From contig NC_068983.1 in the NCBI RefSeq assembly GCF_001194135.2, positions 163,636,492 through 163,700,491 of the forward strand: a stretch of 64,000 nucleotides of DNA. Direction: 5' to 3'. Source of the stretch: Octopus bimaculoides (lineage: Eukaryota). The notes beneath the pieces are model-generated. The model ran no database searches. It saw only the letters and a program-made list of their open reading frames with translations, and was not told where the DNA came from. Position 1 is the first letter of the stretch; every line of letters begins with the position of its first letter. The position numbers were made by a program, and so were the translations under genes. This document shows, piece by piece, positions 1-11,445 of the stretch.

Positions 1-345
1 TCACCGACGTCAGTTTCTATCTTTATAACATATTCTCATTAACATCCGGTTGTCATCTACTTTCTCTCTTTCCCCTCCCCGTTCACCTCTAATGCTGTCT
101 CTTTCAGTTCCTTCCCTTATCCCCAACTCACCTCCGAACTCTTCAACACCCCTCCGTCATCACCTTACCCCCCCCCCAGCTTTTCATTCACCTTTGAAAA
201 CCACGTGACATAAAAATCTTCACCTTTCTCTACACCCCGTTGAAGGGTAACAACGCGAAATGTTTCACTTCCCCTCGTCACAATAGTTCAAATTATCGAT
301 ACTTCAAGAACTCCCAATCGGATTATTCTGATCAATGTAAACTTT
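1..345 (+). mobile_element. Probable Penelope-like 3' end (pyrimidine-rich tail plus decayed hammerhead)
   Basis: A C/T-rich tract is followed by CCGTGAAGGGTAACAACGCGAAATGTT (~237-263), resembling the CTGANGAAGGG...CCCGAAACGT pLTR motif. Heavily decayed. Confidence 0.3.
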
Positions 346-668
346 CATTTATTTTTTCTTTTACAGACTTCATTATTTTAGAATATCTTTGACTTTCAGT
401 TTGTATATTTTTTTATTCCTGTTGTTCTCGGGCAGATCATTATGCCAATAACACACGCACTGGTTACTCGATTATTTCATTAATAATTCGGTTCTTGTAT
501 ATTAACATTTTATAGTGTTTTGTCTTCATCTCATTCATCTCTTTACTCTATTTAGTGCTTCATTTCTAACTTACCGCCCCTCATACACAGAGATAACTTT
601 TCGATTCTTTCTCCTCTTCAGGAATACATATTCTACTACTAATCAGTGTTTACTCGTTCTTTATATGT

Positions 669-744
669 ACTCTTCTTCTTCTTCTTCTTCTTCTTCTTCT
701 TCTTCTTCTTCTTCTTCTTCTTCTTCTTCTTCTTCTTCTTCTTC
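669..744. repeat. (TCT)n microsatellite
   Basis: Perfect trinucleotide run. Comparable runs: (TTA)n ~1049-1134, (TTC)n ~1975-2052, (CT)n/(AT)n ~5811-5943, (AAT)n ~13122-13175 and ~31240-31293, (ATC)n ~42533-42584 and ~54720-54907. Confidence 0.95.
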
Positions 745-749
745 GCTCG

Positions 750-880
750 TATGTTCTGTGTTCAAATTCTGCCGATGGCGACTTTGCCTTTCATCTTTTC
801 GGGATTTATAAACTAAGTACCAGTTGAGTACTGGGGTCCATGTGATCGACTGTAACTCTCCCACAAAATCCAGGCCTTAT
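750..880 (+). mobile_element. SINE family A, 5'-truncated
   Basis: gttctgtgttcaaattctgccga...actttgcctttcatc...aagtaccagttgagtactgggg. Confidence 0.75.
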
Positions 881-1064
881 TATTATTATTATTATTGTTC
901 AGTAGTTTTATTTTTATAACGTGCTTTCACTTCACTACCGAGCGCAGCTCTGTGCGCCTTGGGTATGTGCTGTGGTTTGCTGTGATGCTCTTATGGTTAC
1001 TGTATTGAAAGTGTTTTGCGTAGGATGTGTGCAGTGCCCAGTAGTGCAGTTATTATTATTATTA

Positions 1065-1134
<70 letters not shown>

Positions 1135-1209
1135 TTAGACGCTTTGCTTTTTATTTCATTTTCTTTCCCCGTTTTATTTTTCTCATTCCACTGAGTTAAT
1201 TTTTTTTTT

Positions 1210-1975
1210 CCGCTTTTGATAGTTTGGATTGAAAAGGGCCTCACTCATTAAGGATGGAACCTTCATGTTCTTCCTTTGATACCACCACAAATACTGAATA
1301 ACTTTCGTAATTTAGTCTATTCATGTTCAGGTTTCTTTTCTATGGAAACAAATTATTGCGCAGCCTTGTATTTCCTATTCCTTTCATAGAGAGATATGTG
1401 TTTTGTTCATTGTAAAGGGTTTCCTTTAAGCCAGGTTTATTGATTTTCTTATGGTCTCTCCTTTTTCCTATATTGTTTAGGATAGATTTTCCTCGTTGTT
1501 AACTAACATGTTCTGATCTATATTTTTATTCTATTTATCGTTAATTGTGGAATCAATGTTATATTTTTTTCTTGTGGTTCAGTATTTGATTAGTTGCTTC
1601 CATAGGGATTTACGTGCTCTCCATTCATGTTTGGATTTTTCGTCTTCTTCGTCTTTTACTTTAATGCCTTGTTTTTTTTTTCACGCCTTTAATAGATTCT
1701 GTGGTGTTTTCATTGTATATCCAGAGTCCATTTCTTGGTCGTTTCTCTCGCATTATTTTTCTTCCTTTTATGGAAAATTATTTGTTTTGTGTATGGTAGA
1801 ATATATTCGATACCTTCATTGGTTTCTCAGAGATTATCTTTTCACCATAGAACCGGATGTTTTACTTTTATCCTGTAATCTTGGTGTACGTTGTTTTATT
1901 ATTTCATTGCTCATTATAACTTCCCGCATACTTGTGTGTTTCTCTTTAGTTTTAATCTTACATCACCCTGTTTTC
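1210..1975 (-). mobile_element. Possible highly decayed Penelope-like ORF remnant
   Basis: The A-rich minus strand gives short fragments such as DSGY and CFHRK that resemble PLE thumb/GIY-YIG motifs, with many stops. Weak. Confidence 0.2.
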
Positions 1976-2373
1976 TTCTTCTTCTTCTTCTTCTTCTTCT
2001 TCTTCTTCTTCTTCTTCTTCTTCTTCTTCTTCTTCTTCTTCTTCTTCTTCTCTCATGCCTCTTTTATGATGGCCTTGTGTATTAAGTGTTCGTATGGACG
2101 TATAATATGCGTTGTGTCATGTCTCTCTTGAGTGCTACATGTAACATGAAGCCTAATAAAGGCTGTTAAATTATCAGCCCGCCGGTGCCTAAACCAGCAA
2201 CCCGACCAAGCTTGCTTGATGAATAGGGAAGCGTTTGGACCCTTTATGACATGAAAAACAAGGCCTGTCAGAGGACAGATAAAAACAGAAAAGTCAACAG
2301 CCATCTAATTTGCATGATATATATGTATAAATGTGTGTGTATATATATATATTTATATATAGTGGTCATTCCT

Positions 2374-2427
<54 letters not shown>

Positions 2428-2569
2428 CATACATGTAAAATATGGGTGTTTAGTTCACAGGTGATCTAAACGATTAGCGGATAGATAATTGTTAAAGGGG
2501 ACAACAAACGTTAAGGCAAGGCAAACATCTCAAGTAGTATACAATATTATTATTGGAAAATATTTCAAA

Positions 2570-2625
2570 GTCTTACAGCTGTTTCTGGGATATCCCAGAA
2601 TATGGCATAATCAGTCATCGGAGAC
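2570..2625 (-). ncRNA. Degenerate or variant hammerhead motif (PLE-like)
   Basis: Minus strand reads gtct-CCGATGA-(17-nt insert)-tggga(ta)tccca-GAA-ACAGCTGT-A-agac. Stem I is gtct/agac, stem III is the palindrome ACAGCTGT and the triplet is GUA. It has U4C and an insertion before stem II. Confidence 0.45.
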
Positions 2626-3260
2626 AAGTATCTCTCTTTCTTCGTCTCCTTATTCCTTTACTCAGGCCCTCTACATATACATATATATGCATATATGTAT
2701 ATATATATATATATATATATNNNNNNNNNNNNNNNNNNNNNNNNNNNNNNNNNNNNNNNNNNNNNNNNNNNNNNNNNNNNNNNNNNNNNNNNNNNNNNNN
2801 NNNNNNNNNNNNNNNNNNNNNNNNNNNNNNNNNNNNNNNNNNNNNNNNNNNNNNNNNNNNNNNNNNNNNNNNNNNNNNNNNNNNNNNNNNNNNNNNNNNN
2901 NNNNNNNNNNNNNNNNNNNNNNNNNNNNNNNNNNNNNNNNNNNNNNNNNNNNNNNNNNNNNNNNNNNNNNNNNNNNNNNNNNNNNNNNNNNNNNNNNNNN
3001 NNNNNNNNNNNNNNNNNNNNNNNNNNNNNNNNNNNNNNNNNNNNNNNNNNNNNNNNNNNNNNNNNNNNNNNNNTTGGATCCTCATAACTCGAAGACGGCT
3101 GGAGAATCCGCTATAATATGTCTATAACTCGTCAAGGTATTATAATCTGATGAATTGTTCTTTTCTAGTTTTACTAATATTTCGAAAGGAGCCAACTGAT
3201 CGAAGTGAATGGTTTTGTTAAGAGTTAAACTTTTGAAAGATCATTATTACACAGACTTCT

Positions 3261-3480
3261 AAGGCAGCGAGCTGGCAGAATCGTTAGCACGCTGGACGGA
3301 ATACTTAGCGGTATTTCGTTTGCCTATACGTTCTGAGTTCAAATTCCGCCGAGATCGACTTCGCCTTTCATCCTTTCGGGGTCGATAAATTAAGTACCAG
3401 TGAAACACTGGGGTCGATGTAATCGATTCGTCCCCTTCCACCAAATTTCAAGCCTTGTGCCTATATTAGAAAGGATTATT
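3261..3480 (+). mobile_element. tRNA-derived SINE family A, full monomer
   Basis: Head GGCAGCGAGCTGGCAGAATCGTTAGCAC...GAGTTCAAATTCC (A/B-box-like) and body GAGGTCGACTTTGCCTTTCATCCTTTCGGGGTCGATAAATTAAGTACCAG. More than 15 copies occur in the window. Confidence 0.9.
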
Positions 3481-5809
3481 ATACTGGCTTCTACTTGCTG
3501 TTTCGTAGTAAACTCACCCTATAGCATGTATCATAGATCCTAGCCTCGTGATTTATGAATGTGTATTAATAATGGTCGGTTTTTAAGTAGCATGGCTTCC
3601 TTCTGATTTCTCTCGGTCCTGTTCGTATTAGTTCTCCATTTAAATATTGCATTGTATGACGTTGTTTAAACAATATATGATGTGTGCAGTTGTACATTCT
3701 GGAGATCCGTCATCTTTTTCTTGCTTTGTAAATCTTCATCTTGGTTACAGTGTTGTGTTTCCTTTATTCTATTTTTATGGAAAGTTTTATTTTCATGTGC
3801 AAGTTGTTATACGATACGTAGTAGCAATTTATTGTCGTCCGTGTTTTTGTGGTTGCAGTTTCTTATGACTTTTCCTATAACATAATTCCAGGTTAGTCAT
3901 ATCAATACATTCGTGCTTTGATATTTAATGACAGCAAATTTCCTCATCTGGAAGTAGGACACCGGTGTTTTCTCTTCTTTTCTTTTTGAAGATAACCTTT
4001 CGAGAGGACATCACTTCTGACACATATAGAGATTTTGTTTCGAGCTCACATTAAACTCACGCGACGGCATTTATGACAAATCTTGTCGTATTGTTGTCAT
4101 TGCTATTCATGTTTAAATAGAAATAAATTATGTATTTAAAATCAAGACTAATGTACTCAATAGATTCAATACAGTGGATTACAATAGAACTGCTTCCTTG
4201 AAAAAATTCTTCTCGGAAATGCTATGAATATATTCTGTCTGCAGTTTGCACCTCGGTGACGTTTTAACGAAAAGGTTTTCTCTTATTTTGCTGTAACCAG
4301 TTGAAAATATATTCAGTGAATCTAAAGAAATTAATGTATCCTACTTTGAATGAATTTACGAATATGATGTCATCGTTTTTAAATCGACAACCCTATAAGA
4401 GGCTTCACATAAATAATTACCGATTCCACTCGGTGCCAATGAGGTAACCTTTTAATGTTCTTTTGACTGAGAGTGCATAGCGAAACAAACAAGCTAATTA
4501 GTAACCCTTAAAATCTAATTATCTCATAGAACGCTATCGATATCCACATAGGTCATTTACTTGTATTCGAGTTATTGCTTCCGGGTAATTACTAAACACA
4601 CGCATGCGCCAGGCTACACGATAGAGCCGATATAATATGGTTTCATCCATACAAACATACTGCAAAACTCAAAACGTAGACTGAAAAACGTCTTAAATGA
4701 ACGAAATTTCATCTTCGTTCCAAGGTTTATATAATTTCCCGGTAATTTCCCATTCTTTAACTTGCCATGTGCTCAGAACATGGAAACTGTGTTGAGTTAC
4801 TCGCTTCTGTATTGTAGTAGAGATTAACAGTTGATCAAGGAGATTAGTGGATGATCTACTCAGTTTGTTGGTTATTAGTGGTTTTCGGGATAGGTCTGAA
4901 CGTTGGTAAAAAAAAACTGGTTCATCTATTCTGGAGGGCTTTCAAATCAAGGACCACAATCGAAAAGTTTTACATGTCCTCGTCCTGATAGCGCTACTTG
5001 TAGAGATAAACTCCAGAACCACAGAAGTACTGTCAGTCGGGGGGGGGGGGGCTGTCTGAGATGCGCGAGGGTGACGAAGTTGTTCTGTCATCACTCGTTC
5101 ATTGTCCGAATGTTGTTAACTTGTGGTGTGATATCGAAGAGATGCTGCCAAGTGCGAGACGGATCCGACTATCTGCTGAGTTCCACATCATCATTACTTC
5201 ACCGACTTCCTTAACCGGACAAGACAATTAATTTTTCTCTGTCTAGTGGCTATAGCGAAAGAAATTGTGCAGTAGAAAAGGTAGGAAGCTATAAAGTCAG
5301 AGGTTGTCTTCTTTGGAAGAGGTGTCGTGTTTTTCAGTTTCACTTGAAAAAGAGAGCGATTGGGGAGAGGGAAGTACTGTCCCCGAGTGACTTTAAAAAG
5401 TGGGCGGAAGTAACTAAAAAGGCAAGAGTAGGAGGGACAAATCTAAATTAAACTGTAAAGCCTAAGACCAACAACTGTAGAGGGAACTTGTTTTGGCGGT
5501 CGGTGTTTATAAGATCAACAGCTGTTTCTTTTTGTGATGGACAACATCTACCAACATTATGACGGATCTACGAGCCCCCAGAAACAAATTATAACCCCTT
5601 CCTTCTTCCCCTTCAATTTTTTTCTGTCGTGTGTACTCTGTGTAAGTTAGATCTATTAATATAAATACCTTAATATTTATACTTAAATATTCACCGTCTG
5701 AAAGCCTTCACCTTTTGCTTTCTCTCGTTTTGCAAGTATACATATATACATATTTTGTTGTTCATACCCAAGATATTTGATATGTTTAATTTATTTATCT
5801 GCATAATTG

Positions 5810-5936
<127 letters not shown>

Positions 5937-6439
5937 ATATATACATGTGCCACCAAACATTTTGCAAGTCGCTACACAGTTTTCGCAAGTTCTTTGTAAA
6001 CTAGCCCCTACACTGATTTTCTAGTTATGCATGATTGCACCTAATTTGCACTGCCCACCTTTCTCGTGGTTGAGACGTTTGGTACCTGTCATTTGCTGGG
6101 TTTTCTTCGAATTCAGTAAATCTGGTTGAAAAGAAAATTGACTTTATTAGTTTCAACAATAAAATTCCCGTTTCAGTAATGTGATGCTGTATCATTGTTT
6201 CACAATTAATTAACAACAATCATTATTAGTCTTGTTAATTAAATAATCAAGGAGCTGAAGATAACTGAAGTTAAAATATTACTAAAAGAAAATTATGAAA
6301 TACGCAGCATTCCTCGAAATTGGAGGTAATTTAATCTCTTAACTCTCTTGCTAATTATCGAAGTCTTCCAATATCTAATATAGAACATTTTAAAACTTGT
6401 TTTTTGGGACATACCTTCAACTGTTTCTTTAATGATGTC

Positions 6440-6770
6440 ACTGACACTCCGTCGGTTACGACGACACGGTTTCCCTGTTTATTCGATCAACGGAACAATC
6501 TGCTCGTGAAATTAACGTGCAAGTGGCTGAACACTGCGCAGACACGCCTACCCTTAACGCAGTTCTCATAGAAATTCAACGTGATACACAATGTGATAAG
6601 GTTTTCCCCTTTGAAAAGCAGGTACGACTCATCTTTGCCAGGTGAGGGGACTGGAACGGCATTAGAAATAAGTCTTGGTTAAGGGCACAAGCGCCCCTGG
6701 CAATAGAACTCACGATATATGGTTTACAATCATGAGTGAAATATTCTAACCACTAAGCTACGCATCTTCA
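6440..6770 (-). mobile_element. CORE-type SINE family C2
   Basis: tRNA-like head, a CORE-like TGTGTCCTTGAGCAAGACACTTTATTTC...CTCAGCTG..AAAATGAG segment (decayed here), and a 3' tail shared with C1. Confidence 0.8.
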
Positions 6771-7547
6771 CTGTTTAGTGACATAATGTAAAGGAAAATG
6801 ACTTTTGTACAGAACCGAAATTAAGTGGTTGAAACAGGACGTAAAGTCCAGTCTTTAAACTTATTAGCGTTGTGTTTGTGATGCCCTAAGATGCATCTTA
6901 TGGATTCCTTTAGAATAGTAGTCACTCTAAATAGGATTTTAGCTTCGAAGACATATAAGATTCTATAACATTTAGCTATTTTTGTCAAGAGAATTAATAC
7001 GGTTGTCGAGAGCATCGAAACAAAATCAGTCTTTACTTGTAAAAAACTTTTCTTGCTCTGCGGCGCTCACTCATTTGGACTGAAACATTTCCATGTATGC
7101 GTGTGTGAATTACAAAGCAAGTAATGGTGATGGTTGTAGAAGGTGATATTAGAATTATATCGATAGTGTATCATATTATTCAAACATGAATTACACTAGC
7201 AGTATATCCAATTAGAAATACAAAATAAATTCCCCAAACACTATTTTCTTTAATAAATTGTTCAAAGTCATTATAATGATATATACGTGAGGAAATATGT
7301 TAGAAAATAGATCAATAAATTTCGAAAATTTATTAAAATTTCACTGAAAAGAAACATCAAATACTGGCAGCACTCTACACCAATAGCTTTTTGTTATTGA
7401 TGGAATTTAGCGAATTGAAATCACGGCTTGAGTTCGATTTTCTGTGGAACCAATATTTTATTCTATTCATTGTTAATGAGGCTGGAAACAACACAAACGG
7501 ATTCAGTTCTTGTTTACCTGCTGCTGTCTAAAAAATAACGTTTCTTA

Positions 7548-7715
7548 ACAATAGGCTCATGCGTGGTTATGTAGTAAGAACTTTGCTTCCCGGCCACATG
7601 GCTCCGGGCTCAGTTCCATAGCGTGGTACTTTGGACAAGTGTCTTACGATAGCACCGGGAAAACAAGGCCTTTTGAATGAATTTGGTAGACGGTAGCTGA
7701 AACAAGCGTGTCGTG

Positions 7716-7746
<31 letters not shown>

Positions 7747-8290
7747 TGTTGTTGTTGTTATTGTTGGCACTCCGTCGCTTACGACGTCGAGGGTTCCAGT
7801 TGATCCGATCAACGGAACAGCCTGCTCGTGAAATTAACGTGCAAGTGGCTGAGCACTCCACAGACACGTGTACCCTTAACGTAGTTCTCGGGGATATTCA
7901 GTGTGACACAGTGTGACAAGGCTGACGCTTTGAATTACAGGCACAACAGAAACAGGAAGTAAGAGTGATAAAAAGTTGTGTGAAAGAGTACAGCAGGGTT
8001 CGCCACCATNNNNNNNNNNNNNNNNNNNNNNNNNNNNNNNNNNNNNNNNNNNNNNNNNNNNNNNNNNNNNNNNNNNNNNNNNNNNNNNNNNNNTGCTGCT
8101 GTCTAAAAAATAACGTTTCTTAACAATAGGCTCATGCGTGGTTATGTAGTAAGAACTTTGCTTCCCGGCCACATGGCTCCGGGCTCAGTTCCATAGCGTG
8201 GTACTTTGGACAAGTGTCTTACGATAGCACCGGGAAAACAAGGCCTTTTGAATGAATTTGGTAGACGGTAGCTGAAACAAGCGTGTCGTG

Positions 8291-8360
<70 letters not shown>

Positions 8361-8530
8361 GTCTTTGTTTCCCGAAACTTACCAGTTCCACAAAAAAAAA
8401 AAAACCATAGAATAAGTACCAGTTTAAAAAAATGTGCTGGAATCGATTTTTTTCGACTAAAATTCTTCAAGATGGTGCCCCAGCATGGCCGCAGTCTAAT
8501 GACTGGAAAATACAAAAGATAAAAGAATAG
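7548..8530 (+). mobile_element. tRNA-derived SINE family B with internal (TA)n(TG)n; 5' half present twice around an assembly gap
   Basis: Head ...GTGGTTATGTAGTAAGAACTTTGCTTCCCGGCCACATGGCTCCGGGCTCAGTTCC, CORE-like GGTACTTTGGACAAGTGTCTT, and tail ...GGTGCCCCAGCATGGCCGCAGTC...AAAAGATAAAAGAA. Confidence 0.85.
7762..8009 (-). mobile_element. SINE family C1 3' part with (CAA)n tail, cut by a gap
   Basis: High identity to 61538-61770. (TTG)n lies at ~7745-7765. Confidence 0.9.
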
Positions 8531-9874
8531 TGTACACCATGTAAAAGAGAACCAACGTGTGTATGAAGATTAAGCTAATCTACTGTTAGGCTGAGATTAT
8601 AAGTTACTTTCTATTTCGTTTAACACCTTGATCTTTTCACATCTCCGACAATTATGAAAGTCACCGGTCTATTTGCAATCACTTTTTGTGTATTGTATAA
8701 AACGTCTGTTCTACTTCCGAAGCAAGAAATTGAAATTCTTCACCTGGCCAGTTACCAGAATCAATTAAATACGGTGGTGTAAGCTGTTATTTTCACTTGT
8801 TTTAAATCGGCACAGAATTTTACAAATATACAAATATACAAGAGACAGCTGTCAATCGAAATTCGAATGATATTTCGATTTAAGGAAATATGAAAAGTAT
8901 TGCCAAAGAAAAACTTTAAGTGCTTAACATGGCATCGTTCCTGGTACCGTTTTTTGTGTATAACTCTTGAGTCCGTTGCTTGAGTTCATTGGAAACTGTT
9001 TGACGTAAGGAGGCGAAGAGTTAAAGATAATATCTAAGAAAGATAACTCTTTCGGAAAATTGTGAAACAATTTTTGTAACTTCGAAACTTTCTCACTAAC
9101 TTCAAAATTTCTCACAGTAATAAACAGATTGCAGGCTTTAATCAGTTCAATCATCAATCACAAAAGGAAATCGGTATATAATCGATCTTTTACAACTCAA
9201 AATCAGATTCATTTAAAGAAACTAAGAGTAAAACTGAACATAAAATATCCAAATTGAAATAATGGTTTTTGTTTAATGGCACCGCTAACGTTACTTATCA
9301 TTAATCTTCATCATCGAGTTGGGATGAAAAGAGAACGGTAAACCGTTACAAAATACCATTCTTACTGCCTCATAAAATCAAAGTTGTTATACTTAATTAT
9401 ACAGGAGAAAGGGCAGAGAAATTCTGCGAATGTATTTTTATATCTTGGGATGGTTTCGTATAGAATAGACGAACTAGACGCATAAAATACAACAAGGAAT
9501 ATTTCGGGCATATTTACACTAGACACACATTGTCTTTACATTTTTTTTATTAATTCAATAAATTTGGTAGCCATTCTATTTCTGTAATTCGTCTGGTAAA
9601 ATTTTGTATACTTCTTTTACATAATTTTATGTATATATTCATCCGGTATTTCCCACGTGGTCATTTTTCTGTGCACTCATTCTCTTTCCACCTCTCTCTC
9701 TCTCTCTCTCTCTCCCGTACACACACACGTACATATACATATCACATTCTCATGTGTGTTAGCATATATTTATGAGTTTGTACTCGAACATGTAAACATA
9801 CGTATACCTATATATTTATAAATCACTTTATAGTAGTACATGTTTTTGTTAACGATTCTCTATCGACTTCAGTA

Positions 9875-10135
9875 GATCTTAAGGACGTGAGCTCAATTCC
9901 GGGCAGCATATTGTGTCCTTGAGCAAGACATTTTATTTCTCATTGCACCAATCCACTCAGCTGGCAAAAATAAGTTGTACCTGTATTTGAAAGGGCCCTT
10001 TGTGTTACAGACTGTGTTACGCTGAATCTCCCAGAAAACTACGTTAAGGATACGCGTGTCTGTTAATTTCACAAACATTTTGCTCGGTTGATTACACTAA
10101 GTGGAAAATTCATCGTCATAACTGACTGAGGATCG
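9875..10135 (+). mobile_element. CORE-type SINE family C2
   Basis: gtgagctcaattccggg...ttgtgtccttgagcaagacattttatttc...cactcagctggcaaaaataagttgtacctg. Confidence 0.85.
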
Positions 10136-10294
10136 GTCCTTTCTGCCATTGCCTTCATTCTCAATTTCAAACATTCATATAATGAATATAAAATACCGAA
10201 GATATATAAATACTGAAGAATTTTCATGGGAGTTTTTTCAGACCTGTCTTCGAATTCATCAGTAATTCTTAACGGCCCCAACTTATTTACATTA

Positions 10295-10536
10295 TTTACA
10301 TTTGACGGATATTTGTTCTAATCTTGTTTGTTGTTAACACAACGTTTCGGTTGATATACCCCTCCAGCCTTCATCAGGTGTCTTGGGGAAATTTCGAACC
10401 TGGGTTCTCATTCCTAAGGTATTTTTAGATGTTATTAATATTATTATTATTATTATTATTCAGGTCACTGCCTGGAATCGAACTCGGAATCTTGGGGTTA
10501 GTAGCCCACACTCTTAACTCCTACGCCATATGTCCC
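10295..10536 (-). mobile_element. tRNA-headed SINE-like element with an internal (AAT)n tract and a 3' hammerhead
   Basis: Head GGACATATGGCGTAGGAGTTAAGAGTGTGGGCTACTAACCCCAAGATTCCGAGTTCGATTCCAGGCAGTGACC has an A-box-like TGGCGTAG, B-box GTTCGATTCC and an anticodon-like arm ggg-CTACTAA-ccc. It is followed by (AAT)n, a ~55-nt body, the hammerhead and an A-rich end. Confidence 0.65.
10337..10381 (-). ncRNA. Minimal type I hammerhead ribozyme motif (Penelope-like), intact catalytic core
   Basis: Minus strand reads acac-CTGATGA-a-ggctg(gaggggtatat)caacc-GAAAC-GTT-gtgt. Stem I is acac/gtgt, stem II is ggctg/caacc with one mismatch, stem III is the palindrome AACGTT, and the putative cleavage triplet is GUU. 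Confidence 0.75.
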
Positions 10537-11259
10537 AACTTATTTCGTTACTGTACACTTTATCCGACTCATTTTCTGCTTATTGGTGTTGTCTCATTGT
10601 TTCATTTGGGAAACATGAGCTCATAAATCTACTTTGAAATCACTGCCTGCTTAACAATTGTCCTATATATGTGCAACATGATATCTAGAAACTTCATAAA
10701 GTTTTCATTAATTCAATTTTTCTCATAATTAGTTTTAGTTAATTTCTTTTAAACGCCTGTCTACAATACTGAATTTGATACCAGCTTGTCATCTATAATT
10801 TTATTACGATCAGCTAAGAATGATCATGATATAACAATGAAGTTTTGTTAAATAATATTTTTAACACTTTGAAAATAAGTTTCTAATAATATATAAACAC
10901 TTTTATGTATTGAATATTTAAATATATGTATATTTCGAAAAACCTTGTCTTCATGGTAATCTCCAATAGAACTGGGTCTCATGTGCATCTCTTCTATGCG
11001 CATTTGCAATTAATAGGATTGCGACATGTGGCTTGAATTTCCTTTGACAAACAATGCGATACAGAAAGGCAAACGAAGTGTTTCACTTTCCTGCTTTATG
11101 TAAACATTTATTCTAAATTTTTCTTATAAATTTCTTGTAATTTTGTAAGAAGACACTCAGTGGTTTATTTAAGGGGGGGGGAGACACAGTGAAGTTTTGT
11201 TAGATATTGTAACCAATTTTTCTACAAGCAGACTACAAGTTACAGCAAAATATAACGTC

Positions 11260-11445
11260 AATAAGAGTTTGATATATTTAGAGCTAACGTTGTGTAATTC
11301 TATGATACCAGCGAATGAACTACCAGACGTTTAATGGATGTTCTTCAAAAGACACATCTATCTTTTCATTACGCCAACTAATTAAAACACTGAAAGCTGG
11401 AAACTGTGAATGGTGCAGCCCAGTCTGGAGACAGAGTGTCAATAA
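11260..11445 (+). mobile_element. Decayed CR1-group LINE fragment
   Basis: EWCSPVW, resembling the LEYCSPVW.P motif. Confidence 0.3.

Noticed and set aside
10465-10536. Genuine tRNA gene (also considered for the head at 61830-61899)
   Set aside because: The acceptor stems do not pair cleanly and the heads are fused to SINE bodies, so they are treated as tRNA-derived SINE heads.
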